This document shows positions 1-10,800 of a DNA stretch of 64,000 nucleotides, in pieces. The position numbers and the translations under genes were made by a program. Every line of letters begins with the position of its first letter. Position 1 is the first letter of the stretch. This stretch comes from Rubripirellula sp. (lineage in GTDB: Bacteria > Planctomycetota > Planctomycetia > Pirellulales > Pirellulaceae), in contig OZ244207.1 of assembly GCA_965216875.1 (NCBI GenBank), forward strand, positions 3,040,001 through 3,104,000, in the 5' to 3' direction. Under the pieces are notes generated by a model, which did no database searches, was not told the origin of the DNA, and was given only the letters and a program-made list of their open reading frames with translations.

Positions 1-2
1 TC

Positions 3-1445
3 AACGCATCGACTGAAGCGTGCCGTGATATCTTGGACCGCACTTCAACCACAACCATGGTCGTTGTCGGCGATTGCCCCGATGAGATTCAATCGCTGAC
101 CACAATCACTCGACTGAGGATCAATCCCGCCGGCCATTTCACGAGTGCAAATGCGACTCAAGTTCCCACATGGAACGAGATGCCCGAAGTCAACGGCGAC
201 GACATTGCAACCATCATCTTCACCTCAGGGACAACGGGTAACCCGAAAGGGCTCAGCTACAGCCACAAACAAATCATGGTGGCAGTTGAAGAGATGAATC
301 GAGAATTCACGCTGGTCGAACCGGGTGACACGACCCTGTGCTGGCTTCCGATGAGCCACCTCTTCCAACGCATGATGAACTTGGTCGCCATGCGCCAAGA
401 CGCGCAAATCTATTTTGAACCAGAGCCGAAACTGGTCGTCAAAGCAGCGGGAGAAGTATCGCCATCGGTCATGTTTGCTGTACCGCGGTTCCTCGAAAAA
501 CTTGCAGAGGGACTCGACGCCTTTATCCAACGTCAACCGGCGCCTCTTCGCAGCTTGATTGAAAAGGCAATGGCCGCAACGGACGAAACCGACAGTGTCA
601 TCAAACGACGAATCCGTGGCATGGTCGCCAACAAAGCCCAACAACTGCTTGGTGGCAAGCTGAAGTATTTCGTGAGCGGTTCGGCTCCTTTGTCCGCCGA
701 TGTTGCAAAGAAACTCGAACGGATGGGCTGGGAAATCCTCGAAGCCTATGGCGTCAGCGAAAACGTCGTGCCGATGTCGGCCAACCGACCTGGCCAATCC
801 AAACTGGGAACGGTTGGGAAACCGCTTCCTTCGAACGAAATTCGAATCGATGCCGATGGAGAGATCAAAGTTCGCGGGCCTGGTTGCATTGAAACCTATT
901 TCGGCGAACACGATCGCCTGCTTGATGATGACGGTTTTCTATCAACAGGCGACATGGGCTACTTCGACGACGAGGGAAATCTTGTCATCGATGGACGGAA
1001 AGACAGCCGCCTAAAGACGTCGACTGGACGCAAAATCTTTCCCGAGCAGGTCGAGCGCGTCTATCAACAGAGTCGCATGATCTCAGACATGATGGTCACT
1101 GGGCATGGAAAGAAATTCATCGTTGCATTGATCGTTCCTAGTGAGGAATTTATCGATCAATGCTTGAACCTGATGCCCGTGGACGCCACGCGAGAGGAAG
1201 CTCTTCGAAGTGAGGCAGCCCGCCTATTGATGCAGGAAGAGCTCTCTACTCTCGAGCACGAACTCGAATCGCATGAGCGTGTCGCTGACTTCCAATTGCT
1301 TGACCGAGAGTTCAGCGCCGAGGAAGGTGAGTTAACGGCAAGCCTCAAGAAACGCCGCCGAGAAATTGAACGAAATCACTCAGGCGCGCTGTCTGGAATG
1401 TTTGCCGGCCAGAGTAACGCCACTGTCGCGGGGTCGCACGCATGA
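3..1445 (+). CDS. Long-chain acyl-CoA synthetase / AMP-binding enzyme (5'-truncated at window edge)
   Basis: ANL motifs IIFTSGTTGNPKG, YGVSE, TGDMG, GRKD and a C-terminal ELTASLKKRR typical of FadD15/FAA1-type enzymes. The frame is open from the window start. Confidence 0.9.
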   Translation, partial: NASTEACRDILDRTSTTTMVVVGDCPDEIQSLTTITRLRINPAGHFTSANATQVPTWNEMPEVNGDDIATIIFTSGTTGNPKGLSYSHKQIMVAVEEMNREFTLVEPGDTTLCWLPMSHLFQRMMNLVAMRQDAQIYFEPEPKLVVKAAGEVSPSVMFAVPRFLEKLAEGLDAFIQRQPAPLRSLIEKAMAATDETDSVIKRRIRGMVANKAQQLLGGKLKYFVSGSAPLSADVAKKLERMGWEILEAYGVSENVVPMSANRPGQSKLGTVGKPLPSNEIRIDADGEIKVRGPGCIETYFGEHDRLLDDDGFLSTGDMGYFDDEGNLVIDGRKDSRLKTSTGRKIFPEQVERVYQQSRMISDMMVTGHGKKFIVALIVPSEEFIDQCLNLMPVDATREEALRSEAARLLMQEELSTLEHELESHERVADFQLLDREFSAEEGELTASLKKRRREIERNHSGALSGMFAGQSNATVAGSHA

Positions 1446-2590
1446 GCAAGCCGACAGAATACATCTTCGTAACCGGAGCAACCGGAGTGGTTGGCAGCGC
1501 CGTCATTGCCGAGCTCTTGATGCGTCCTGATGTTCACGTCACCGCGTTGATCCGAGGCGAATCCGACGATGAGGTCCAGCGTCGCGGTGACGCGCTCCTT
1601 CAGTCGATCGATCGTCACACTCCAGGGTATGCCGCGCGGTTCCAGGTGGTGCGTGGTGACATCACCAAGGCAAACCTTGGACTCAGTGAAAACTCAATGG
1701 CCTCGGTCGCCGCACAAACAACACGAATCGTTCACAGTGCGGGCAAAGTCAAGCTGAATCAGTCAATTGCGGAAGCAAGACAGCACGCGATCTTTCCTGC
1801 TGAGCAAGTGATTTCACTCGCGAAGCGTTGTGGACATCTCAAGAAGATTGATGTGCTTAGCACGATCGGTGTCGCGGGAAAAATGGAAGGCAATGTTCCT
1901 GAGAGCCGTCTCACGCATGAACGAGAATTCCACAACACGTACGAGCAATCAAAAGCTGAAGCCGAAGAACTCTATTGGCAGCAAGCCGCCAATGGTATGC
2001 CACTGAGTATCCATCGCCCCAGCATGGTTGTCGGCGACTCGAAAACCGGTTGGGTCCTGCAGCATCAGGTCTTTTACTACCTTTGCGATTTCTTGAGCGG
2101 ACAGCGGACGTTCGGCATTTTGCCGCGTTTCAATTCTCAAATGCTCGACATCGTTCCGGTCGATTACGTCAGCCGATGCATCACAGCGTCTCTGTTTGAT
2201 TCCGAATCCGTTGGCAAGGTCTTCCATCTGTGTAGTGGCCCCATCGATGAACTGAGGATCACGCATCTGAGAGCGACCATTCAAAACGCATACACCTCGA
2301 TCGGCGCACAATGCCGAAACGGTCTCGCGCTTCCCAAAGAAGTTTTTGCAGGAATCGCGTGGCTGCTAAGTCGTCTCGGCCCAAAAGGCCTGCGCAAGCC
2401 AGCCAAGACCGTTCCCTTTTTCCTCGCCTACCTTGGCAGGCGTCAAGTTTTCGAAAGCCAGATGACCCAAAACTGGTTTCGGCGCTTCGATATCACCCTA
2501 CCCAAACCCAGCGACTACCTCGATCGGATCGTGACGACCTATGCAAAGCAGAGCCGGTCAACTCGAGCGACGCAAGGATTACAATCATGA
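1442..2590 (+). CDS. Extended SDR, fatty-acyl/thioester reductase-like (NAD_binding_4)
   Basis: VTGATGVVGS, HSAG, YEQSK (YxxxK), RPSMVVGDS. ATGA overlaps with both neighbours. Confidence 0.85.
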   Translation: MSKPTEYIFVTGATGVVGSAVIAELLMRPDVHVTALIRGESDDEVQRRGDALLQSIDRHTPGYAARFQVVRGDITKANLGLSENSMASVAAQTTRIVHSAGKVKLNQSIAEARQHAIFPAEQVISLAKRCGHLKKIDVLSTIGVAGKMEGNVPESRLTHEREFHNTYEQSKAEAEELYWQQAANGMPLSIHRPSMVVGDSKTGWVLQHQVFYYLCDFLSGQRTFGILPRFNSQMLDIVPVDYVSRCITASLFDSESVGKVFHLCSGPIDELRITHLRATIQNAYTSIGAQCRNGLALPKEVFAGIAWLLSRLGPKGLRKPAKTVPFFLAYLGRRQVFESQMTQNWFRRFDITLPKPSDYLDRIVTTYAKQSRSTRATQGLQS

Positions 2591-4320
2591 ACGCCTCAAT
2601 TTCCCATCCGCACATTGACGCACTCGCGAAAATCGTTGGCCTTGAGTATGTCGACGTCTCCGAGCAAGGCCGCGAGTATCATGCCAAAGGACTGATCCCA
2701 AGGCACTGCCGATGCCAAATGATTGTGCGTCCCGACAACGCGGGCGAAGTTGCTTCTGTCGTCAAATACGCAGATAAAAACGGGCTGAAGGTGTGGGCCT
2801 ATAGCACTGGACGCAACTGGGGATATGGCACGACTCAATCCCTTGATGAAGATTCGATCGTACTGCTGCTCGATCGAATGAATCGAATCATTGAAGTCAA
2901 CGAGGAAATGGCCTACGCCGTTCTCGAGCCTGGAGTCACTCAGGAACAACTCAACAATTATCTAAAGCAAAACAATATCAAGCTTTGGATGGACTGCACA
3001 GATTCAACTCCTAAAGGCAGCGTCATCGGTAACGCGCTCGAACGTGGTGTTGGGTACACTCCCTACGGAGACCATTTTGGCCAACTTTGCGGCATGGACG
3101 TCGTGATGGCGAATGGCGACGCGGTTCAAATGGGCGGATGCCAACCGGGATGCCACACATTCCATACGCACAAATGGGGTACAGGACCATTCCTCGACGG
3201 CGTCTTCTCACAATCGAATCTCGGTGTGGTCACCAAGGCCGGCATCTGGCTGATGCCAGAACCGGAAGAATTCAACTTCATGGCGGTCGAGCTCAAGAAC
3301 GAGCAAGACTTGCCGCGACTCATCAACCACGTCCGAGAACTCGCCCTCGCGGGAACAATTGGCAACGTTCACTGCTTCAACCCCTTCCTTCTCCTCAGCG
3401 CGCGCATTCAATACCCGTTTGACCGACGTGGCGATCGAACGCATTTGAACGACGAGGACATTCGCCAACTCGCCAAAGAAAACCACATCGCTCCTTACTC
3501 GGTCGTATGCGGAATCTACGGTACTAAAGAAGAAGCAGCAGCCCACCGCAAACAGGTCAAAAAGAAACTCGGCTCCTATTGCCGTTTGCTGTTCGCAACC
3601 GACCGCCGAATCGCATTCGTCGGCAAACTCTGCGACTTCCTGCTATCCAAAAAGCCACCTTATCCATTGCATCACAAGGTCGTTGCTTGGCTCACGCGCA
3701 AGTTCATTTATCCAGGTTCGCCCCATGCGTTGAGCCTAGTGCCACGCGTTGCCGGATACCACAAAGGGATTCCTGACGAATTCGTTGTCAGCGCCGCCTA
3801 CTTCAAACGTCGCGGTCCACGGCCGGAATCGATTGACCCGATTCGCGACGATTGCGGCTTGCTTTGGCTCGCTCCGATCCTGCCAGCATCGAGCGATCAT
3901 GTGGAAAAGCTTATGTCAGCCATCAAACCGATCTACGACAAGCACGGTTTCGAGTTTCCGCTTTCGATCATCATGCTGAACCCGCGTACGCTTATCTTTG
4001 CTCTGCCGATGTTCTTTGACAAAAGCGACCCTAGCGAATGCCAGCGGGTCAAAGAACTGTACGAAGAAGTCATCACGACGACTTCGGACATGGGGTATCA
4101 GCAGTACCGAACCGGAACCATGTACATGGACCGAATCCTGGACCAAAACCCAGGCCACCGCGACTTGGTTCGAAGCCTCAAGTCAACACTCGACCCGAAC
4201 AACACGCTCGCCCCCGGCAAGTACGGGACCACGCGTGATCAGACGGAAACTGCCGTTGCTCCCCCGATCGTTGCGCCAACCACAATGGCCGTCGATTCGC
4301 AGAATACGCCCATCGCGTAG
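2587..4320 (+). CDS. FAD-linked oxidase of the VAO/p-cresol methylhydroxylase (4-phenol oxidizing) family
   Basis: STGRNWGYG, EPGVT, GNALERGVGY, GPFLDGVFSQSNLGVVTKAGIWLMP, YR, DPNNTLAPGK. Start moved to ATG 2587, which overlaps the upstream stop (ATGA). Confidence 0.9.
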   Translation: MNASISHPHIDALAKIVGLEYVDVSEQGREYHAKGLIPRHCRCQMIVRPDNAGEVASVVKYADKNGLKVWAYSTGRNWGYGTTQSLDEDSIVLLLDRMNRIIEVNEEMAYAVLEPGVTQEQLNNYLKQNNIKLWMDCTDSTPKGSVIGNALERGVGYTPYGDHFGQLCGMDVVMANGDAVQMGGCQPGCHTFHTHKWGTGPFLDGVFSQSNLGVVTKAGIWLMPEPEEFNFMAVELKNEQDLPRLINHVRELALAGTIGNVHCFNPFLLLSARIQYPFDRRGDRTHLNDEDIRQLAKENHIAPYSVVCGIYGTKEEAAAHRKQVKKKLGSYCRLLFATDRRIAFVGKLCDFLLSKKPPYPLHHKVVAWLTRKFIYPGSPHALSLVPRVAGYHKGIPDEFVVSAAYFKRRGPRPESIDPIRDDCGLLWLAPILPASSDHVEKLMSAIKPIYDKHGFEFPLSIIMLNPRTLIFALPMFFDKSDPSECQRVKELYEEVITTTSDMGYQQYRTGTMYMDRILDQNPGHRDLVRSLKSTLDPNNTLAPGKYGTTRDQTETAVAPPIVAPTTMAVDSQNTPIA

Positions 4321-4325
4321 GTACC

Positions 4326-5231
4326 ATGATTCAACTTGCCTCGACAGTTTTGAACTACCTGCCTCTCGCGATTGGCCACTGTACCAGCACGCAGAGACTC
4401 GACCGAACTCCCGAACCAACCGCAGAAATGGACTCGGACGCGAGTGTCGAGCAATATGACCGCGCGTGGCAGACGGAACTTGGCCTAGCCTGGGCTCTTG
4501 GCTTGAAAATGATTCATCAATCAGGAGTCGAATTGCATGAAGCGAACGCGTTGGACATTGCCTGCGGTCCTGGCCGCTTCACGTCGGCGCTTGCCAACCT
4601 GTTCAAGGCCAGACGCACCGTCGGTCTCGATCTTTCTGAAACGATGATCGCGCGGGCGCGTAGCAATCAATTGGAGTCACATAACGACTCGCTCGAATTC
4701 GTTGTTGGCAACGCTTTGGAACTTGGCGACTTCGACGACGATGAATTCCATTGCGTTACCTTCAACCAAGGTGCGCACCATTTCGATACTCAAGACCAGG
4801 TAACGGCAGTCCTCGCACAGATGGACCGCGTCTGTTCGCCCGATGGTATCGTACTCGCTACGGACCTTGTACGCCTAAGCAACCAGGCGGTTACCGACCG
4901 CTACATCGGTGTCACCAGCGTTGACTACGAGCGTCGCAAACTTGGCGACTTCAAAAACGATTTCGCCAACTCGATGTTCGCGGCATGGACACCCGATGAG
5001 CTTCATCGCTGCATCCCAAACGATTCCAAACGCAATTGGTACCATCTTGTGCCACACCTCTTGCCAACCATTCAGGTGATCGTCGGAGTTCCCAAGAGCC
5101 ACCGCCATTGGAAACAAAACGGTGATACGCCATGGCAGCAAGCTGACGCCACCAACTACATCGCCCCTCATTTGAAAGCAAAGTGGCAATTGCTCAACGC
5201 GTCCGTCGCGATGGCTCGAAGCCTAAAATGA
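4326..5231 (+). CDS. Class I SAM-dependent methyltransferase
   Basis: Motif I LDIACGPG, GLDLSETMI, FVVGNA, HHF and PDG; 5 nt after the oxidase. Confidence 0.85.
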   Translation: MIQLASTVLNYLPLAIGHCTSTQRLDRTPEPTAEMDSDASVEQYDRAWQTELGLAWALGLKMIHQSGVELHEANALDIACGPGRFTSALANLFKARRTVGLDLSETMIARARSNQLESHNDSLEFVVGNALELGDFDDDEFHCVTFNQGAHHFDTQDQVTAVLAQMDRVCSPDGIVLATDLVRLSNQAVTDRYIGVTSVDYERRKLGDFKNDFANSMFAAWTPDELHRCIPNDSKRNWYHLVPHLLPTIQVIVGVPKSHRHWKQNGDTPWQQADATNYIAPHLKAKWQLLNASVAMARSLK

Positions 5232-5335
5232 GGTTCACCAAATTGAACTTTGCGGTTTAGGCAGAATTCGCTGGATTCCGCGTTTGTGACGGTCGAATCA
5301 GTTGTGAGGAAGGAGTCCTGCCAACGGGGGTCGGC

Positions 5336-6934
5336 ATGCCACGAATATTATTGGTTCTTTTCTCGCTCGTCGTTGTCTCAACGTCGCCAAGCGAAGAATT
5401 TGCAGTTGTCTCTGACCAAACGAAAGTCGAGGAGCAATACGCACTCCAGCTCGACGACTGCGTTGCCATTGCGATCCGAAACCAACCGGTCTTGCGAATC
5501 AAGAACGAAGACACACACATCGCCAGGGAACAGGTCGATGTCGCTCGTTCCTACTACTTCCCGCAAGTCGACGCAAACGCTCGCTTCACAAACATTGACC
5601 AAGTCCGGTCATTTGACATCGAAGGATTCTTTGACGGCCCCGTCGGTGATGTCTTTAGCGATGCAGCGGCATTCTTTCAAATCGCGCGTCAACTCAACTC
5701 CACCGCCGCACTCAACGCGCTCGACAATCCGACAACGCCAATCTTTCCTGGCGGACCAACTTTCGAGTCGGTCAAGCAGCAGGCCGCCGGAACCGTTCCA
5801 GATCGCATTCGCGTTCCCGTGTTGGGCGAAGCCTTCCTCAACACTCAAGTTCGTTTGGTGCAGCCGCTTTGGACAGCGGGCCGAATACGCTTCCGGGTCG
5901 ACCAAGCACGGTACGGAGTGAAATTCGCTCGCCTAGCCGAGACCCGCACGCGTCAAGAAGTCGAATTCAACGTTACTCGTGCGTACTTGGCCGTACTGCT
6001 GAGTCGCCACTTGCGAACGATCGTCGAAGACGCGCAAGAGAAAACAGATTTTCTATTGGATGCGACCCGCGACCTCGTCGAAGGCCAAGGATCAAAACAA
6101 CTGACCCAAGCGGAGGTCTATCAGGTAGAATCCGCCGATCGCTTCTTCAAATCTCAGATGCCTCGCTTGCGCGCTGCTGAGTTGCGAGCGGTCGCGGCAC
6201 TCTATTTGGCGATGGGGCTTTCACAAGCCAGCGGCCTCGAAGTAGCCAACGAGCAATTGGGATTCTTTCAGGATGTTGGCACGGTCGACGAAGCAATCGC
6301 CACAGGCTTATCGCATCGGCCGGAAGTCCATCAGGCTGCTGTAGGCACGCGTGTGGCAGGGCTCGAATACCGCTTGGCAAAAGCGGAGTTCTTTCCAGAA
6401 GTGGTCGCTTTTGGGCAATTCACCAGCATCCATGACGATCGCAATTTTGCAAATCCTAATGACAGCAGCGAATGGGCGGGCGGTGTTGCGGCTTCGATCG
6501 ACATAAGTACGGGCGGACGGCGTAAAGCCGAAAAACGACTGGCAACACACAAGGCCACTAAAGCGCGAGCGACACTTCAACAGGTCAAACTGCTTGTCGA
6601 ACAGCAGGTGCGAGATGCCTTCCTCGAACTCGAGGGCGCCCGCGACACGGCTTACGTGGGCCAGGACGTCATCGACTCGGTCGAGAAAACGCTCCTCTGG
6701 CTCGACAAGAAAGAGACGCACCGCGTCGTAGCGATTGACGACCGACTTCATTTCCTGAACAAGGTCAATACGATCGTATTGGAATCAAAAGTAAAAACAG
6801 AGTATTATCAATCGCTGTTTGCCTATAACCTTGCGATCGCTCGCTTGAGACTTGCAACGGGGTACTCCGATGCGTTTGATTACCAGCCTCTTCCTGATCT
6901 CCATTCTGACCGTAACATCAACGCTGCGCAATGA
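5336..6934 (+). CDS. TolC-family outer membrane efflux protein
   Basis: Signal peptide, LQLDDCVAIAIRNQP, YYFPQV, QPLWTAGRI, VTRAY, RPEV, FFPEV; two OEP-like repeats. Confidence 0.85.
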   Translation: MPRILLVLFSLVVVSTSPSEEFAVVSDQTKVEEQYALQLDDCVAIAIRNQPVLRIKNEDTHIAREQVDVARSYYFPQVDANARFTNIDQVRSFDIEGFFDGPVGDVFSDAAAFFQIARQLNSTAALNALDNPTTPIFPGGPTFESVKQQAAGTVPDRIRVPVLGEAFLNTQVRLVQPLWTAGRIRFRVDQARYGVKFARLAETRTRQEVEFNVTRAYLAVLLSRHLRTIVEDAQEKTDFLLDATRDLVEGQGSKQLTQAEVYQVESADRFFKSQMPRLRAAELRAVAALYLAMGLSQASGLEVANEQLGFFQDVGTVDEAIATGLSHRPEVHQAAVGTRVAGLEYRLAKAEFFPEVVAFGQFTSIHDDRNFANPNDSSEWAGGVAASIDISTGGRRKAEKRLATHKATKARATLQQVKLLVEQQVRDAFLELEGARDTAYVGQDVIDSVEKTLLWLDKKETHRVVAIDDRLHFLNKVNTIVLESKVKTEYYQSLFAYNLAIARLRLATGYSDAFDYQPLPDLHSDRNINAAQ

Positions 6935-7811
6935 CGCTATCGTTCGCGCCGAAGACGATGTCATACGCTGCGCGTTTTGCCCCTCGGTCATGCAGGGACG
7001 CGACATCAAACTGGTCGAAAGTGTGACGCGCATTTTCACCAAGAAGTTATCCGAGCAGACTCCTGGAATCACCTTCGAGCCTGTCTTCCCTGAAAAGGGT
7101 GATCTCGACATCGTTGCCAGCAATCTCCAAACCGGCAATGACTATGAACTCGCGGTCGTTTGGGGAATCGAATACGGCCTGCTAAAGGAAACGGTCAAAG
7201 ACCTGGAGGTCATCTGCGTCGGGTCGACGATGAAAGTGTTGCTTCCAACCTCTTCGATCATCGTTCGGAATCCAATCTTGCCGATCGCAAACCACACTGA
7301 CAAGAATCCATTCCGCGTTCATCTGATCGACGGCGGCTCGATGATCGCCGAGATGCACTTTAAGCAATTGGAAGTTGCTTACGGCGACAAGGTCCGCCGA
7401 GCTGAGAAACCTGAGTACGGTGCAGCGCGACAGGTGGGTGACCTAATCGACGGCATTCTCAACGAGGACTTTGATGGGCTCATCATCGATGAATACAATT
7501 TGCTTGCTCTGCAACAAGACTTCCCCCAGCTTCTTCAAGGTTGTGCTGTCAGCTCAGACTGGGGAAATGTAAAACCAGCGCCGACCTTCCCCCATCCGGC
7601 TCTCATCGGCCGCCGCTCAATTGTTGAGGATCGCTCAAACGGTTCCTGGCAAGCGATCTCAAGCCACTTGTTTGAGGTCATGAATAAAACGCGAGCAGGC
7701 GAGCGGTTTCGGGAAGGATGGTATGCTCAACAAATCGTTCCGCCGTCAGAATCGTACGACAAACAAGTGACCGAAAAGCTCAACCTTTACCGGCCTCTGA
7801 TCTCATTCTAG
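6870..7811 (+). CDS. Secreted periplasmic-binding-fold protein (PhnD/SsuA-like), tentative
   Basis: Signal peptide MRLITSLFLISIL..VRA; PBP-like segments (SSIIVR, DGLIIDEY, FPHPALIG). ATG 6870 overlaps the TolC 3' end. Confidence 0.5.
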   Translation: MRLITSLFLISILTVTSTLRNDAIVRAEDDVIRCAFCPSVMQGRDIKLVESVTRIFTKKLSEQTPGITFEPVFPEKGDLDIVASNLQTGNDYELAVVWGIEYGLLKETVKDLEVICVGSTMKVLLPTSSIIVRNPILPIANHTDKNPFRVHLIDGGSMIAEMHFKQLEVAYGDKVRRAEKPEYGAARQVGDLIDGILNEDFDGLIIDEYNLLALQQDFPQLLQGCAVSSDWGNVKPAPTFPHPALIGRRSIVEDRSNGSWQAISSHLFEVMNKTRAGERFREGWYAQQIVPPSESYDKQVTEKLNLYRPLISF

Positions 7812-10800
7812 ATCCGCAGCCAAATGCCGTCGTTGTCTAGCAATTGGTCAATAAACTCTTTGTGCTCAGGATGCGTTGATTTGATTGCTTCAACCTGTTC
7901 GTACAGGTAGGTCCGAACATGATTGCGTCTCTCTTGCCCGTGATGCCTCACATCCGCTTTGATCATCTCAAGCACTTCGTCGAGGATATCGATCTTGCCG
8001 TTTTCGCATAGTTGCTCGCATACCAGTTGAAACGTTTCCGGCTGCAAGTTGTCTTCTTGCCGCAAAACGAATAGCGCCAGCCCCTCGCCCAGATCGAGCA
8101 AGTGCGAGTTCATTTCGATCAATTCCGGTAATTGCTCGCGATCAATCACCGCTGCGAGATGCTTGGGCAACAACTCATCCTTTCGATTGATAAACTCCTG
8201 CTGAGTCTGCCTTCGAATGGATTCATCCGAAAGCGAAAGCTCTGCAAGCAATTCGACAGCATACCGCTGCGTACTTGCATCTTTGGCAACAACCGCTATC
8301 GCGGCATCCGTGGCCGCATAAACATCGACGTCGCGCAACACTTCCAGAACGTTGCGATCAATAAGGTCCGAGTACCCGATCCAATTCACGCTCGACACCG
8401 CGTGCTTCATAAAAGGAACTCCGATATCCCGATCTGATTCATCGATACGATCTGCGACCCACGCGCGTGATTTCAATATCGTCGCGGCGTGCTGGGCATG
8501 CCGTTCAAATGGAAGATTAACGAACTTGCCTTCGCTATCGATAGCACTCCATTTTTTTAGGTAAGCCAGAATCGCTTTCGATGTAAATCGATCCTCGCCT
8601 CCCATGCGGATGCATTGAGACGACATCCATATTCTGCGGCAAAGGGTCAAATTTGGCCGTCCGTTTCGCTGGATGATTTCCTCGGCATCGCCCAGGTACT
8701 CGTCAAACATAAACTGCAGCTCATCCAATCGCCCGGCGTAGCTGGACTGGTTTAGATACATCGTCAGGTAGGCAACGCGAACGCCATCTTCAGGAAGTCC
8801 CAGCAGGCTTTCTTCCAGCAACGCTACCGGAAACCTATCCAGCACAGTTGCGATCTCTCGCGGTGTCCCCGTGTCGGACCTAAGTTGTTCAAAACACCAC
8901 GCAATAAGTTGCTCACGTTTGTCGCTTTCGATTCGACCAGGCACTCCAGGGTCGATGAGCGCATCAGCCACGCCTGCCAATAGAAGCTTCTTCGCTGGAA
9001 GTGAAAGATCGTCTCCGTTCATCAGCCGATCGACCAGCAATTCCGCCCATTGCTTACGCGCGTTGACATCACGAGCGGCCCATGATGGCAATCTTGTATG
9101 CAAATTGAGAATCTCGCTTACCGCGTCCGGATATGCGTTCTCGTTCAGCTCAATACTCATTTCCAGCCACGCATCGGGAGCAATGCTGCCCGCCAAGAGC
9201 TGTATCGACCGAACTTGGGTCGTCGATAAGGCAGGCGTCTCAGGAAAGCGGTCTCCACCGTGAAGAGTACTTTCGGCGATAGCCAAAATGGACGCACGGC
9301 TTTCAGAGTCACAAACATCCGAATCGATCACATCCCCCAACGCGCGAAGGTATGCGTTTAACAAAGACATGTCGGACTCGCGCTGCGCAACTCGAACAAG
9401 CGATTTGATTTGATCGGAATTGTCCTTTAGACGCAGCTGGCTCAACGCCGAGCTTTTCTGTTCGAAGTTTGCCCAGTCGCCACTGATCACCTCCATCGGC
9501 GTCGCCGGATCGCGGGCAAACGAAAGGGCGATGGCAACGACCAAACAAACCGACAACGAGAATCCTGCAAGCCGCATCAAGTGACGCCGAGTTGCCCTGC
9601 GAATCATACTCTGCTGATCCGTCGTCCTGCGACGTTTGGGGATGTACAAGGCAAACCGAATACAGTCCAGCGGCCCGGGCAAAACCGCCCCCTCGCGACT
9701 TGAATCGACCCACTGTCGAGTCCTTGATTCAAGTTTCAATTCAGCCCGTCCCCGCCGAGTCGAGCGTTGGCGGCGTGTCAGCCAACCTCGAATCGACGGC
9801 ACAAGGTAGTCGTGTGTCAGCTGGTAGTACTTCTCATCAATCGATGCATTACTATTCGACAGCGAGTCATCCGCCGAGTTCTTACTTGGCGACGTTGGCG
9901 TGATCAATCGAAGTTCGCTATCGAGTATTTTCAGCAACTCTTCAAAATCGTCATGACTTTGGTCGTACTCCGACGCTTGCAACAAAACGTCGGCGCGCTG
10001 CATATGCCCCTTGATATCGCTGCCTGATTGCGGCATCAACGAATTCAAGACGCGCCGTGCAGCTGGTTCGTGGTAACGGTGTTGTGGAGCGGCCGTCGAA
10101 GCTGAAAACGTTTCCTCGAGAAACTGTTCACCTACACCTGATGTTCCACCGAGGCCTCGAAGCGTTGGAGGCGTCCATGGCTTTCCTTTTAACATTTCAG
10201 CGACCAAAGCGATCCGAACACAAATCACTTTGTCGTCGTCCGCAAGACCAGCGACGGCTTCCGAAAGGAACTTCCGATTCTGGTCGGTCAATTCGCTGTC
10301 GTCCGCCGGCAGTCGCCCATGCGCGACACCGAATTCCTTCAAAACATGTTCCGCGTGACTCGGCTCGAACAAGTCGGTCAACGCATAATTGCGATCTTCG
10401 CTCAGACCAATTTCGAGCTCGCGAAAGAACCGTTGCGCAGCCAATCCAAAGTCACTTCGTGCCATCACAATGCACTGCACGTGTGTTCCATCACATTGGC
10501 GAATGGCGCGAACAAGCTCGGTATTCCGTTGCCCAGCGTGCTCGTGCAACCACTGCTCGAATTGATCGAGCACAATCAACGTCTTTTGTGGCCCTTGCGT
10601 TTGTCGCAACTGATAGATCGCCTCGACCAGATCAGCAGGATCGTCGAGCGGGCAACGCTGCTTCAATGCACTCAAGAGTCTTGATTCTGTTTGGCGCGCC
10701 GTCGCTTCGATGTAGATCGTTCGGACATTGTCGCTCAACCGCGGAATCAACCCTGCCTTCACGAACGACGACTTGCCACATCCCGACGGTCCCCAAAGCA

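Noticed and set aside
2311..2586. N-terminal extension of the 669-aa ORF
   Set aside because: It overlaps the SDR gene; ATG 2587 in an ATGA junction is the more plausible start.
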